A stretch of 64,000 nt of DNA, taken from the NCBI GenBank assembly GCA_965207375.1, contig OZ242274.1, positions 2,048,001 through 2,112,000 of the forward strand, in the 5' to 3' direction. Positions 41,813 through 51,866 of the stretch are shown here, piece after piece. The notes below the pieces were generated by a model that was not told where the DNA came from, did no database searches, and saw only the letters and a program-made list of their open reading frames with translations. A program made the translations under genes and the position numbers. The DNA is from Nitrosopumilaceae archaeon. Lineage in GTDB: Archaea > Thermoproteota > Nitrososphaeria > Nitrososphaerales > Nitrosopumilaceae. Each line of letters starts with the position of its first letter. Position 1 is the stretch's first letter.

Positions 41813-43513
41813 CTAAGATGGCAATATCATTTCCTTTAATGAAGTTCCTGGTGCCACAAATGGCAATACGTCCTCTTCGGGGTCAATTGGAATATCAATT
41901 ACGGTTGCAACATCGCTTTTTATCGCTGTCTTAATTGCATTATCAAGCTCTTCCATTGATTGTGCGCGTATTCCTTGAGCACCATATGATTCTGCTAGTT
42001 TTACATAATCTGGACAATGTTTTTGATCCACACCGATCATTCGTCTGTCGTAAAAGGTACGTTGCCATTGTGCAACCATGCCCAATGTGTAATTGTTTAT
42101 GAGAAATACAATAACTGGAATGTCTTCAGTAATACAGGTTGCAAGAGAGTTTTCAGTCATGTTAAAGCTTCCATCGCCTGCAATGTCCACTACTGGAACG
42201 TCTGGTTTTGCCACTTTGGCGCCTATGGCTGCAGGAAATCCCCATCCCATTGTGCCCAAACCCGTGGAGCTAAAAAAAGTGCCAGGCGATATCACGTCAT
42301 AAAATAGCGATGCCCACATTTGATGCTGTCCTACTTCAGTAGTTACAATTGATTCTTTTGGTAGCAGTTGCCTTAGTTTTCTTAAAATTTTAGCTGCTCC
42401 AAGCTCGCCAGGATGTAATTTCAAGTTCTCACGCCAATACTCTTTTACCTCACGTACATGTCTTAACCAAATATTGTCATCACTTCTTTTTACTGCCTGT
42501 TGGGTCAACATCTTTACCATAACTCGCAATGAGGCGCGTACATCACCTATCACTGCTACTTGGGTTGTTTGATTTTTGCCAATTTCGGCAGGATCTACAT
42601 CCATGTGAATGATTTTCAAATTCCTTTCAAACTCTTCAAATGTTCCAACAGATCTATCTGAGAATCTAGTTCCAATTGCAAGTACGCAATCTGCTTCACT
42701 CATCAACTTGTTTGCCTCAGCATGTCCATGCATTCCAATTGGGCCCAGAGATAGAGGATGCGTTTCGGGAAATGCACCCTTGCCCTTAAAAGTTGTCACT
42801 ACAGGAATCATAAGCAGTTCTGCAACTGCTTGTAATTCTGCAAATGCAGAAGAGATAATAGTTCCACCACCGGCTAAAATTATTGGTTTTTCAGAACCAA
42901 GCAACATTTTGATCGCACGTTCGATTTTAACCATATCAGGATCAGTCCACGGATGATATCCGCGAATCTTAAACTCTTCAGGAAAATTCATTAGAGCCTC
43001 GTTTTGTTGAACGTCTTTTGGAATGTCAAGTAATACGGGTCCGGGTCTACCAGTTTCTGCAATGTAAAATCCTTTTTTAACAATTTCAGGAATGTCTGCG
43101 GCATCTCTTGGTTGAAATGCATATTTTACTACAGGATTTGCCATTCCAATTATGTCACTTTCCTGAAAGGCATCTTTGCCTATCATCTTTACAGGTACTT
43201 GACCAGTAACTGCGATCATTGGAGCAGAATCGGCCTGTGCAGTAGCTATTCCAGTAAGAATATTTGTAGCACCGGGACCAGAGGTTGCAAAACACACTCC
43301 TGGTTTTCTACTTACTCTGCCAAATCCGTCTGCCATGTGAGCTGCTGACTGCTCATGTCGAACCAAGATATGTCGAATGTTTGATTTGTATAGTTCATCA
43401 TACATTGGGAGATTAGCTCCACCAGGTAATCCAAATACCTCCTTGACGCCTTCCTTTTCCATAGATTTCATCAAAGCAGCAGCACCTGACATTGTTTCCA
43501 TATTATTGATCAA
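41813..43513 (-). CDS. ilvB: Acetolactate synthase large subunit
   Basis: FGLPGG, RHEQ, TSGPG, GQHQMW, GDGSF..NN ThDP motif. Confidence 0.96.
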   Translation of the reverse strand: MINNMETMSGAAALMKSMEKEGVKEVFGLPGGANLPMYDELYKSNIRHILVRHEQSAAHMADGFGRVSRKPGVCFATSGPGATNILTGIATAQADSAPMIAVTGQVPVKMIGKDAFQESDIIGMANPVVKYAFQPRDAADIPEIVKKGFYIAETGRPGPVLLDIPKDVQQNEALMNFPEEFKIRGYHPWTDPDMVKIERAIKMLLGSEKPIILAGGGTIISSAFAELQAVAELLMIPVVTTFKGKGAFPETHPLSLGPIGMHGHAEANKLMSEADCVLAIGTRFSDRSVGTFEEFERNLKIIHMDVDPAEIGKNQTTQVAVIGDVRASLRVMVKMLTQQAVKRSDDNIWLRHVREVKEYWRENLKLHPGELGAAKILRKLRQLLPKESIVTTEVGQHQMWASLFYDVISPGTFFSSTGLGTMGWGFPAAIGAKVAKPDVPVVDIAGDGSFNMTENSLATCITEDIPVIVFLINNYTLGMVAQWQRTFYDRRMIGVDQKHCPDYVKLAESYGAQGIRAQSMEELDNAIKTAIKSDVATVIDIPIDPEEDVLPFVAPGTSLKEMILPS

Positions 43514-43540
43514 CTTTTATCCCCATAATTTTAATCTAGT

Positions 43541-43560
43541 AAACCCAACAATGTTGGATT
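43541..43560 (-). promoter_or_regulatory. Hairpin directly after the leader-peptide stop
   Basis: AATCCAAC-ATT-GTTGGGTT on the transcript strand (one G-U pair). Confidence 0.55.
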
Positions 43561-43614
43561 TTAGTACAGAACCTCCAGTAGAAGAATTTGAAAAGAAGCT
43601 ACTGGACCGAACAT
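43561..43614 (-). CDS. Candidate ilv/leu leader peptide MFGPVASFQILLLEVLY
   Basis: 17-codon ORF between the TATA box and ilvB; 6 of the last 8 codons are Ile/Leu/Val. Confidence 0.6.
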   Translation of the reverse strand: MFGPVASFQILLLEVLY

Positions 43615-43635
43615 GTTATACCAAACACAGGATTG

Positions 43636-43643
43636 TTTATAAG
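43636..43643 (-). promoter_or_regulatory. TATA box of the ilv-leu operon
   Basis: CTTATAAA 22-29 nt upstream of the leader ATG. Confidence 0.55.
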
Positions 43644-43795
43644 ATTAATGGATTAGATAACAATCTGCTAACCTCAAATCTTGACTATGATTTTTGAGAG
43701 AACACCAAAAATCATACTTTAAAAAAACACAGTTATCACCAGTTTATAGATGCCAATTAAAACTCAAGTTTGAGACTCTGAAATTTCTATTTTGA

Positions 43796-44107
43796 TTAAA
43801 AATCTTTTGGAATGTGATTGTTTGCTTTTAACCATTCAACCTGTGGCAAGGTAAATCTCCACACGATATCCCCACGATCATCACTGTTAAAGTCCCAAGG
43901 AGCAATTACAACAATGTCATTGTCACGAATCCAAACACGCCTTTTTAATTTGCCTCGGATTCTACCACGCCTAGTAATTCCATCCATACACTTTATCATA
44001 ACATTTTCGCCGCCAAGCATTTTTAAAACTCGTCCAAACATTTCACCTTCTTCAGGCAGACGAATTTCTTTTAGTGCACTTTCATTTTTTACCTGACGCT
44101 TTCCCAT
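43796..44107 (-). CDS. eif1a: Translation initiation factor aIF-1A
   Basis: MLGG..C.DG..R..RIRGKLKRRVWI..PWD. Confidence 0.96.
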   Translation of the reverse strand: MGKRQVKNESALKEIRLPEEGEMFGRVLKMLGGENVMIKCMDGITRRGRIRGKLKRRVWIRDNDIVVIAPWDFNSDDRGDIVWRFTLPQVEWLKANNHIPKDF

Positions 44108-44202
44108 AAGGATGCGTCCATTTACATTACATATAACTGTGAAGATTAATCAAGACTTTTTGCAAACAAAGGAATTTTATGCAAAGCAATTGTAGATAAA
44201 AA

Positions 44203-44796
44203 ATGAAATTTCAGTGTGTGCCAGATTGCTCCCAGTGCTGTATCGAAAGAGAATATTTCCCATCAAAAGAATATGGAAAGATTGGAGTCCTGATTTTGCC
44301 TGAGGAAAAAGACAAAATAGAACAAATGGCCAAACACAAAGGCATCACAGTATCAATTATTCCCAGAATAGGAATTTCAAATTATAAAGATGACAAACCA
44401 AATGAAACTATAGCATATCAAATGATGGGAAGAGAAAAAAATGGAAACACATGTCCGTTTTTAGATACAGAATCAGATGAGAGAACAGAGCACGGAGGAC
44501 ACTTGTGCAAAATTTATCAGAACAGACCATTGGCATGTGTAGCATATCCATTGGAGGAAATCGAACCTACAACATTAGATCAAAAATGCAAGTTTTGCAA
44601 AGAGCGAGGAAATGCAGATACAAATCTTGATGCAGAGACTGAATCATTGTTATACATCAAGGCCAAAATGAAAACAGATGCAGATACCATATGGAGGTAT
44701 GCCACCGGAGTAGGAGAAGAATTTGATAAAGCATATATCAAAAAAGGATGGATAAAAGAGATACAATATCAAAAAAAGAAGGCAGCAAAAAATTAA
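44203..44796 (+). CDS. YkgJ-family Cys-cluster (Fe-S/Zn) protein
   Basis: CxxCC, CPFL, CKIYQNRPLACxxYP. Confidence 0.85.
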   Translation: MKFQCVPDCSQCCIEREYFPSKEYGKIGVLILPEEKDKIEQMAKHKGITVSIIPRIGISNYKDDKPNETIAYQMMGREKNGNTCPFLDTESDERTEHGGHLCKIYQNRPLACVAYPLEEIEPTTLDQKCKFCKERGNADTNLDAETESLLYIKAKMKTDADTIWRYATGVGEEFDKAYIKKGWIKEIQYQKKKAAKN

Positions 44797-44881
44797 GACA
44801 GATAAAAACTAGATTTGACAATACCTGATTTTACAAATGTAACAAAACAATACAGCATTTACAAAAATTAAGGCATACAGT

Positions 44882-45934
44882 TTAAGGATTGATGACTGCC
44901 CTGCCTATGATTTTGCGGTCTTTAAGATCGTTGAGTGCATTGCCTGCATCATCAAGGGAATAGTGTGTTGAGACAATCGAATTGATGTCCCCTTTTTTTG
45001 CTAGCTCCAAAAGATCCACCATGTCACTAAAACTACCAGTGTATGCTCCCTGAATAGTAATTGCTTTTAGAGGTACAGTAACTAGAGACAGCTCAATGGA
45101 GCCACCAAACAGACCAACTAGAACCAAATTACCGCGTTTTCGTAAAACAGAGAGCCCCAATTTAACAGTAGGTGGAGCATTTACAAAGTCGACTACACTG
45201 TCTGCACCTTTGTCATTACAGATTGAGAGTATTTTTTGGCTAGTTTGTGGATTTTTAGAGTTTACGATAAAATCTGCACCCATATCTTTGGCAGTTTGCA
45301 ATTTTTCATCATCTAGATCAACACAAATAATTTTTGCACTAGTGATAGCATTTGCTATTTGAACACCCATCAGACCGAGTCCGCCTGCGCCAACTATTAC
45401 AATAAACTCGGGAGAATTAATATTTGCCTTTTTAATTGCAGTATATGCGGTCAATCCGGAGCATGCCAACGAGGCTGCACCATCCAAATCAATACCTGAT
45501 ACTTTGGCTAGATATTTGTAATTTGGAACAAGTACGTATTGGGCGTATCCACCATTTTCAAAGACACCTAACGACTTTGGCGTATCGCACAGGTTTTCAT
45601 TTCCTGCCTTGCATGTGGTGCATTGATTGCATCCTATCCACGGATAAACTAAAACATCATCTCCTATCGAAATGTCTTGTACGTCAGGGCCAACCCCGTA
45701 AACGGAGCCAACAATTTCATGTCCAGGTGTTACAGGATATTTTACGCCCCTGTCTGTAACCTTCATGAATGTGCCATCACCTAAATCATATCCTCCCTCC
45801 CACAAGTGGAGGTCGCTGTGACATACGCCTGTTGCTTTTACACGTACAAGCACCTGAGAACCGGTAGCTTTTGGAGTTTCTAGCTCTGTTATCTTTAATG
45901 GGGCATCAGGTTCTATGATTTGAGCAGCCTTCAC
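44882..45934 (-). CDS. adh: Zn-dependent alcohol dehydrogenase
   Basis: GVCHSD, GHE, CxxCxxC..C, GAGGLG. Confidence 0.92.
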   Translation of the reverse strand: MKAAQIIEPDAPLKITELETPKATGSQVLVRVKATGVCHSDLHLWEGGYDLGDGTFMKVTDRGVKYPVTPGHEIVGSVYGVGPDVQDISIGDDVLVYPWIGCNQCTTCKAGNENLCDTPKSLGVFENGGYAQYVLVPNYKYLAKVSGIDLDGAASLACSGLTAYTAIKKANINSPEFIVIVGAGGLGLMGVQIANAITSAKIICVDLDDEKLQTAKDMGADFIVNSKNPQTSQKILSICNDKGADSVVDFVNAPPTVKLGLSVLRKRGNLVLVGLFGGSIELSLVTVPLKAITIQGAYTGSFSDMVDLLELAKKGDINSIVSTHYSLDDAGNALNDLKDRKIIGRAVINP

Positions 45935-46029
45935 AGTGTCAAATCACAGTCATTACAATATAAGAGTTGACTGGAAAGGATAAAAAAATAAAGCTCTTAG
46001 ATATTATGTAGTGTTACGAAAAATTTCGT

Positions 46030-46704
46030 ATGAGTGAAGATAGTGCGCCTACTAGTATCTCCCAAGCGCCAATTAACATCCTGTTTAACACATCAGGAAT
46101 AGTCAAAAAAGACGTATGGGAGATTGATCTAATCAGCATACTCAAACTGTTGATTAGGGTTTTAGAAAAAAGCGGCAAAAAAGACCTCAGGGTGGCAGGC
46201 ATGGCAGCTCTGTCATCATCGCTGATCTACAGAATGAAGGTCGAAAGTATTTTTGCACTGCAAAGAGCAGCAATGGAGAAAAAACCAATACTTCAAAGAA
46301 AAGATGTCAACATTGAACTAATCAATATACCATACAGACATGAATCGACATACCCTGTAACACTAGACGATTTGCTAGGATTGTTAGAAAATCTGATTGG
46401 CTCTATTGCAAATCCACAGTCTAGGGCAAAGACCAAAATAAATGAGTTAATAGAGCCTCCAGACTTTGAGAAATATTTCATATCACTAGAAAACATAATT
46501 GAAGAGTACGAAGATCTTGTAATCAAAAAAATATCTCTCACAGGTACAGCAATGCTGCAAGATATAATAGTGGATTTAGATGAAACCGATTCGATTAGAT
46601 GCTTTTTTGCAGTTTTGTTTTTAGCAAGAGATGAAAAAGTAGACCTAGAGCAGGCAGATGAGGATATCAAAATAACGCTAATCAAAAAGGAATTGTCTAC
46701 ATGA
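46030..46704 (+). CDS. scpA: Segregation/condensation protein A (kleisin)
   Basis: DVWEIDL, FAVLFLA..VDLEQ; adjacent to scpB. Confidence 0.85.
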   Translation: MSEDSAPTSISQAPINILFNTSGIVKKDVWEIDLISILKLLIRVLEKSGKKDLRVAGMAALSSSLIYRMKVESIFALQRAAMEKKPILQRKDVNIELINIPYRHESTYPVTLDDLLGLLENLIGSIANPQSRAKTKINELIEPPDFEKYFISLENIIEEYEDLVIKKISLTGTAMLQDIIVDLDETDSIRCFFAVLFLARDEKVDLEQADEDIKITLIKKELST

Positions 46705-46725
46705 TCAAAAAAAGAGAGGAGTTAA

Positions 46726-47283
46726 TTGGAAAAAATTAGTCAGAATGAGGCCACAGCAAGAATCGAGGCTGCTCTTTATTCGGCAGGAAGACCTCTTAGA
46801 ATAGAGGAAATCACCAGAGCCTCGGGTACAGAATCAAGAATAAAAACTCTAGAAATTCTAGAGAGTGTAAGGAAAAAAACAAAAAATAACTTTAAAGCAT
46901 TAGAGGTGGTAATTTTGCCAGATGGGACATATGTTTTTCAACTAAAACCAGAATATACAGATGTAGTTAGAAGATATGCATCAAAACCAATTCTGCCAAA
47001 GGCAACACTCAAAACATTATCATACATTGCATACATGCAGCCTATTTCATCAAAACAACTAGTAGAGACTAGAGGTACCGGAGTATACTCACATCTAAAG
47101 GAGTTAAAGCAGCTTGACTTTATAAAAAGTCAAAGTGTCGGCAGACTCAAAATTTACACCACAACTGAAAAATTCCAAAAGTATTTTGGAATACAGGGTG
47201 ATTCAGATTCTTTAAAACAAAAACTGTTCAAAAAGGTAAGAAAGGTATCAGAGCCCACACTGCAAAACACGGTATCTCAATGA
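46726..47283 (+). CDS. scpB: SMC-Scp complex subunit B
   Basis: IEAALYSAGRP, TLSYIAYMQP, RG, YTTTEKFQKYFG. Confidence 0.93.
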   Translation: MEKISQNEATARIEAALYSAGRPLRIEEITRASGTESRIKTLEILESVRKKTKNNFKALEVVILPDGTYVFQLKPEYTDVVRRYASKPILPKATLKTLSYIAYMQPISSKQLVETRGTGVYSHLKELKQLDFIKSQSVGRLKIYTTTEKFQKYFGIQGDSDSLKQKLFKKVRKVSEPTLQNTVSQ

Positions 47284-47350
47284 TACAGATACATCTTGCA
47301 TCGCCAAGTTTTTGCGTTGTGTATAAATTAGAGGGGTTTTGAGTTAAGGC

Positions 47351-47728
47351 GTGAGAAAATCAGTAGAAAACTTGGCAACAAGCAAGATTACAGGAGGCGT
47401 CCGCCACCCGCTAAGAATTAGACGAAAATATGAAACAGATAGATATCCAAATGAGGCAGTTACAGGTGCACAGGTTACGATAACTAGAAGAACAAGAGGG
47501 TCTAACAGAAAAACTGCATTAAAAACAATTGATTTTGCAAACTTGGTTACCGAAGATAAAGTAAAAAAGGTAAAAATTACCAAGGTTTTAGATAATACAA
47601 CTAACAACGACTATAAGCGTCGCGGCATAATTACAAAGGGTGCAATTTTAGAAACAGAGGGCGGCAAGTGCAGGGTTGTTTCAAAACCTGGCCAACACGG
47701 TGTAGTAAATGCAATTTTGGTAAAGTGA
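47351..47728 (+). CDS. rps8e: 30S ribosomal protein S8e
   Basis: KITGG, RGSNRK, IITKGAI, PGQHGVVNA. Confidence 0.96.
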   Translation: MRKSVENLATSKITGGVRHPLRIRRKYETDRYPNEAVTGAQVTITRRTRGSNRKTALKTIDFANLVTEDKVKKVKITKVLDNTTNNDYKRRGIITKGAILETEGGKCRVVSKPGQHGVVNAILVK

Positions 47729-47732
47729 TCAA

Positions 47733-48032
47733 ATGAAAGATTACGAACACGTCGTAGTCTGGCTGGATTATTTTAACAAGACACTTCCACGAGCCAAAGG
47801 TCGCCGAGTTCAAAAAGAAAAATGTGTTTTTGACCCATCACTTGGCGAATTAGCAGATGCAGCAAAGGCTGCAGGATATAAAATTACAGAATCCGAAGAC
47901 ACAGTCAGATTTCCTAGGAGACCATATGTTAGGTCAGGATACGTTGTTTTGCCAAAAGAATCCCCAAAGACAGAAATTCTTTACAAGATTTCAGAAAAAC
48001 TTGTGGCAAAAAGGCACAAGCAGGCAAAGTAA
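47733..48032 (+). CDS. srp19: Signal recognition particle protein SRP19
   Basis: VWLDYF..GRRV..P..FPR. Confidence 0.92.
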   Translation: MKDYEHVVVWLDYFNKTLPRAKGRRVQKEKCVFDPSLGELADAAKAAGYKITESEDTVRFPRRPYVRSGYVVLPKESPKTEILYKISEKLVAKRHKQAK

Positions 48033-48106
48033 AATCAATTCTAGCTCGTTACTAAAGTAAATTTGACAAAAGTATATGATAAGAACCAAGTACAAATGAA
48101 TTTTAA

Positions 48107-48376
48107 TTGCAGGAGGTAGGCGAAATATCGCACTTGGCCAGTAGTGGCAGGGTAATCGTTAGACTTTTAAAAAAAGTCGAGGAAGGGCAAATACTCTGCG
48201 ACGAAAAGAGTGTGAAAGTTGCAAAGGTTATGGAGTTAATAGGTCCAGTAGACCGACCATATGCATCTGCAGCATCACTTACTAACAATATCAAAAAATT
48301 TACTGGGAGGAAAATATTCGCATTAGAATTTTCCCCTGCAATCAAACCAAAAAAATTCAGGAGAAAACGAAAATGA
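48107..48376 (+). CDS. gar1: H/ACA RNP subunit Gar1
   Basis: IGPVDRPY motif; conserved srp19-gar1-tfb order. Confidence 0.85.
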   Translation: MQEVGEISHLASSGRVIVRLLKKVEEGQILCDEKSVKVAKVMELIGPVDRPYASAASLTNNIKKFTGRKIFALEFSPAIKPKKFRRKRK

Positions 48377-49329
48377 ATACATTAGAAACCACACATTGCT
48401 GTCCTGAATGTCAAGCTACACTAGTAGATGACTTTCAGAATGGCGAAAGAATTTGTTCCGGTTGCGGCATTGTCGTAGTTGAACAAATGGCAGACTATGG
48501 TCCAGAATCAATATCAAACAATCTTGAAGAGAAAATGAAACTAGCAAGAGCCACAGGACAGACAACACTTGCACAACATGATCTAGGGATCACAACAGAA
48601 ATTTCCATCAGTACAAAAGACTTTAGTGGAAAGACTATCGACTCGCAGGTTGCAAGTCAGATGCACAATCTGAGAAAATGGCAGCAAAGAGTAAGAGTAT
48701 CAACACCTAGAGAAAGACGACTTGCAAATGTTCTGACAAAAATTTCAGAAACATGTCAAAATCTGTCGCTTCCAAGAAACGTGTTGGAAACGGCATCACT
48801 GATCTACAGAAACCTAGACGACTATATGGATGTGAAAGGAAAATCCATCACAGGTATTTCTGCTGCAACAGTATACATGGCATGCAAGCAATGCGATGTG
48901 GTAAGATCTTTGGAAGAGATCTGTAAGGCAATATGTGCGCCAAAAGATGTCAAAACAAAAACAAAGAGGGCAGCACGCTACTACAGAATCATGGTCATGG
49001 AAATGGGTTCAGTAGCACCAGTTGTCACCATGGGCAAGTACATTTCAAAAATGGCAAATCTTGCACAGACAGACGTCAGAGTGGAAAGACTCGCGCTAGA
49101 AATAGCAGAAAAAACCAAAGATAACAACCTAGCAGATGGAAAGGCACCAAATGGCATAGCTGCTGCGTATTTGTACGTAGCATCAACACTGTTGGGCCAA
49201 AACATCCTACAAAGAGATGTATCTAGTATTGCAGGCGTTACAGAGGTAACAATACGCAACAGATGCAAGGAAATCTTGACAAAGTACAAACTAAAGATTG
49301 CATTAAGACCTTCTCTAGCCAAAAAATAA
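48373..49329 (+). CDS. tfb: Transcription initiation factor IIB
   Basis: CPEC..CSGCG Zn ribbon, LRKWQ, two cyclin folds, GVTEVTIRNR. Confidence 0.96.
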   Translation: MNTLETTHCCPECQATLVDDFQNGERICSGCGIVVVEQMADYGPESISNNLEEKMKLARATGQTTLAQHDLGITTEISISTKDFSGKTIDSQVASQMHNLRKWQQRVRVSTPRERRLANVLTKISETCQNLSLPRNVLETASLIYRNLDDYMDVKGKSITGISAATVYMACKQCDVVRSLEEICKAICAPKDVKTKTKRAARYYRIMVMEMGSVAPVVTMGKYISKMANLAQTDVRVERLALEIAEKTKDNNLADGKAPNGIAAAYLYVASTLLGQNILQRDVSSIAGVTEVTIRNRCKEILTKYKLKIALRPSLAKK

Positions 49330-49369
49330 TCACCCCTTTTTTCTATTTTATTTGGGCCTCATTGACAAT

Positions 49370-49451
49370 TAAGAGATTAGATTCACTGTTCCTGTATGTC
49401 TGATCAAACACGGCTCACGCAAACCTATCACACCGAACCTAGCATTTTATG
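49370..49451. repeat. Degenerate ~80-bp direct repeat copy 1
   Basis: TAAGAGATTAGATTCACTGTTCC...CTAGCATTTTATG, similar to 51448-51532. Confidence 0.6.
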
Positions 49452-49729
49452 CAATTAACCTACAGGATTTCCAGTACAGTTTTACTGCCTTATCCTAGAG
49501 ACCTATCGTATTTTTTAGAGGAAAAGACAGATGCGGCACACCAGACAGCAGGGGGCACCTGTAGATAACTGTCAAGTGTTGTTTTAAAATCATGGTATAA
49601 TTTAGGCATAAATTTACGATGTTATCAAAAAATAGTAAAATCTAGACAGGCATCAAAGGTTACAAAATGATTTGATTTTGTATCAAAATGCATCGGACTG
49701 TGATTTTATCCACGATATACAAGGCAAAT

Positions 49730-49774
49730 TTATAGTATAATTACTATAACATTATATAAAAAACACTATAACAT
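49730..49774 (+). promoter_or_regulatory. Operator-like repeats around a TATA box
   Basis: Inverted repeat TTATAGTA-TAAT-TACTATAA plus two ACTATAACAT copies flanking TTATATAA. Confidence 0.55.
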
Positions 49775-49790
49775 ATGGAAATGGGTAAAA

Positions 49791-50885
49791 ATGAATGAAA
49801 CAGAATTTAGAATATTGGATGTGCTCGCACGAGAAATAGGCAATAGTATATCAATTAATAAACTAACTGAAAAAATCAAACAGATTCACGGTACTGCACA
49901 CTATACAAACATACATGCAGAATTACAAAACATTACAAAAAAGAAAATAACAAAGTTGACAAAATTAGGAAAGGCAACAATTACAAAACTTAACTTTGAT
50001 AACTATCTGGTAATTGATCATTTATCAGAAATGGAATTAATTAAAAAAATTAAGGTCTTGGAGAATAATTCTAATTACCAACTAATCATTTCAGATTTGA
50101 ACATTCTAGTCAAAGATCTTTTTTTTGTAAAATTCGTTTTGCTAGCAGAACCTGACCGTAATATAAAATTAAATCGAATGGATATAGTTTGGATATTAAG
50201 ATCCTTGCCGTTAGTTGAGGTAGATAAAGAAATAGATAAAATACATAATGTCGTACAAAAACTACAACGAATTCATAACATAAAAATTGATTGTCTTTTC
50301 TTGTATGATGAGAAATTTGTTAATTTATTAAAAATGGATGATGCAAATATGATAAAAGAAATGTTATTTAATAAAATTGTTTTATTTCATCCTCAAATAT
50401 TTTGGATGGAAATAAAAGAAATCTCAAGTAACGGAACATACATTAAAATTGAAGAATATCAAACGCATCCAGGAAAAATACGCGATATTGATTTGAGTTT
50501 TAATCTTGCACGATTTGGTTACACAGAAATGGGAACTAAAATATCTTCAGATGCAAAATCAATCGGAATAGAATACATCATTACATCAATTTTGGTAAAA
50601 AAAGACAATGTTAGAAAATTAGAAGCAATACCAATAATTCTTGCAAAAAATAATGAAAAAATAAATTATCCACTTTTGATGTTTCTTGCATCTAAATTCC
50701 AAGTTACAAGACAAATCTATAATATTCTCAAAATTTTAGATGTTCTCAAGCCTACAAAAGAAGTTCAAAGTGCGATAAAAGAAATGTTTAAGCGCAATAT
50801 GCAAAAGACAAAAGAACAAAAAATGATTAATTTTAACCTAAAGGATGTAAAAAAGAAGATGAGACTGTACAATGTACTTGAATAA
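49791..50885 (+). CDS. wHTH + nucleotidyltransferase-fold-like protein, probable antitoxin partner
   Basis: N-terminal wHTH-like segment; low GC; overlaps the downstream NTase gene. Confidence 0.55.
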   Translation: MNETEFRILDVLAREIGNSISINKLTEKIKQIHGTAHYTNIHAELQNITKKKITKLTKLGKATITKLNFDNYLVIDHLSEMELIKKIKVLENNSNYQLIISDLNILVKDLFFVKFVLLAEPDRNIKLNRMDIVWILRSLPLVEVDKEIDKIHNVVQKLQRIHNIKIDCLFLYDEKFVNLLKMDDANMIKEMLFNKIVLFHPQIFWMEIKEISSNGTYIKIEEYQTHPGKIRDIDLSFNLARFGYTEMGTKISSDAKSIGIEYIITSILVKKDNVRKLEAIPIILAKNNEKINYPLLMFLASKFQVTRQIYNILKILDVLKPTKEVQSAIKEMFKRNMQKTKEQKMINFNLKDVKKKMRLYNVLE

Positions 50886-51381
50886 GAAACAATTATTGGA
50901 TTTTTTAGAGGCGTTAGACACGGAGCTTGAACGTAAAATAACAGTTGTAGCAGTAGGTGGCACTGCTATGACTCTTCATGATTCAAAGACATCTACAATC
51001 GATGTGGATTTTACAATTCCTGCTGAATATTTTTATGAATTTAACAGGGTTCTAGACATAATCCCTCACGGATTCAAAGTAGATGTTTGGGATAATGGAA
51101 TGGTGTTTAGTCAAGATTTGCCTGAAGATTATTTGAAAAAAAGCAAGCCAATACGAACAAACATGAAAAACATGAAACTAAGGGCACTTGATCCTCTTGA
51201 TATAATCGTGACAAAAATTGGTAGACTAAATGAAAAAGACAAGGAAGATATTGCAACATGCATTAAAAAATTCAAAATAACAAAAGATCAGATTAAAAAA
51301 AGATCAAAACAAGTAATCTATACAGGACGAGAAGAAAATTATGAAATTAATCTGAATCATGTAATGAAAAAAATTTTCTAA
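50872..51381 (+). CDS. DUF6036/AbiEii-like nucleotidyltransferase
   Basis: VGGTAM..TIDVD..K..R..KDKED motifs. Confidence 0.8.
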   Translation: MYLNKKQLLDFLEALDTELERKITVVAVGGTAMTLHDSKTSTIDVDFTIPAEYFYEFNRVLDIIPHGFKVDVWDNGMVFSQDLPEDYLKKSKPIRTNMKNMKLRALDPLDIIVTKIGRLNEKDKEDIATCIKKFKITKDQIKKRSKQVIYTGREENYEINLNHVMKKIF

Positions 51382-51447
51382 ACAGATATCAATTAAACAA
51401 TATGTAACCCATATCCAGACATTACAGTGATAGTACTAGACCAAATA

Positions 51448-51532
51448 TAAGAGGCTAGGTTCACTGTTCCCGCAATATCCAATTCTAGACACGAATCACA
51501 TAAAGTTGCCACATCAGAGCTAGTATCTTATG
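51448..51532. repeat. Degenerate ~80-bp direct repeat copy 2
   Basis: TAAGAGGCTAGGTTCACTGTTCC...CTAGTATCTTATG. Confidence 0.6.
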
Positions 51533-51866
51533 ACGTACATAATATTAAATCAGCATAACGTCAAAATTTTTGATAAATCTATGCTGTAAAAGAATCTATG
51601 TAGGCAATAAAATTCTAGCATTTTCGGATACGAACTCTGGTCGTAAATTTTTCAGGTATGAAATTTTTAGATATGTTCAAAAACTAGGCATAGAATCAGA
51701 GGTGACCGAAATATGTATTCTCAGTATAAACCATAAATCTCGTATCGGAGTTTGTGAGATCATTGTCTTTTATATCATCTTGTGTAGATATGTTTGCCTC
51801 AGTTTAAGGTTCTATCTAATTCTGCGTACTGTTTTGTAGTGGTAGGTTTATCTCATGACATGGATA

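Noticed and set aside
51570-51839. 89-aa ORF in the defence islet
   Set aside because: Atypical composition, TTG start and no motif; probably spurious or decayed sequence.
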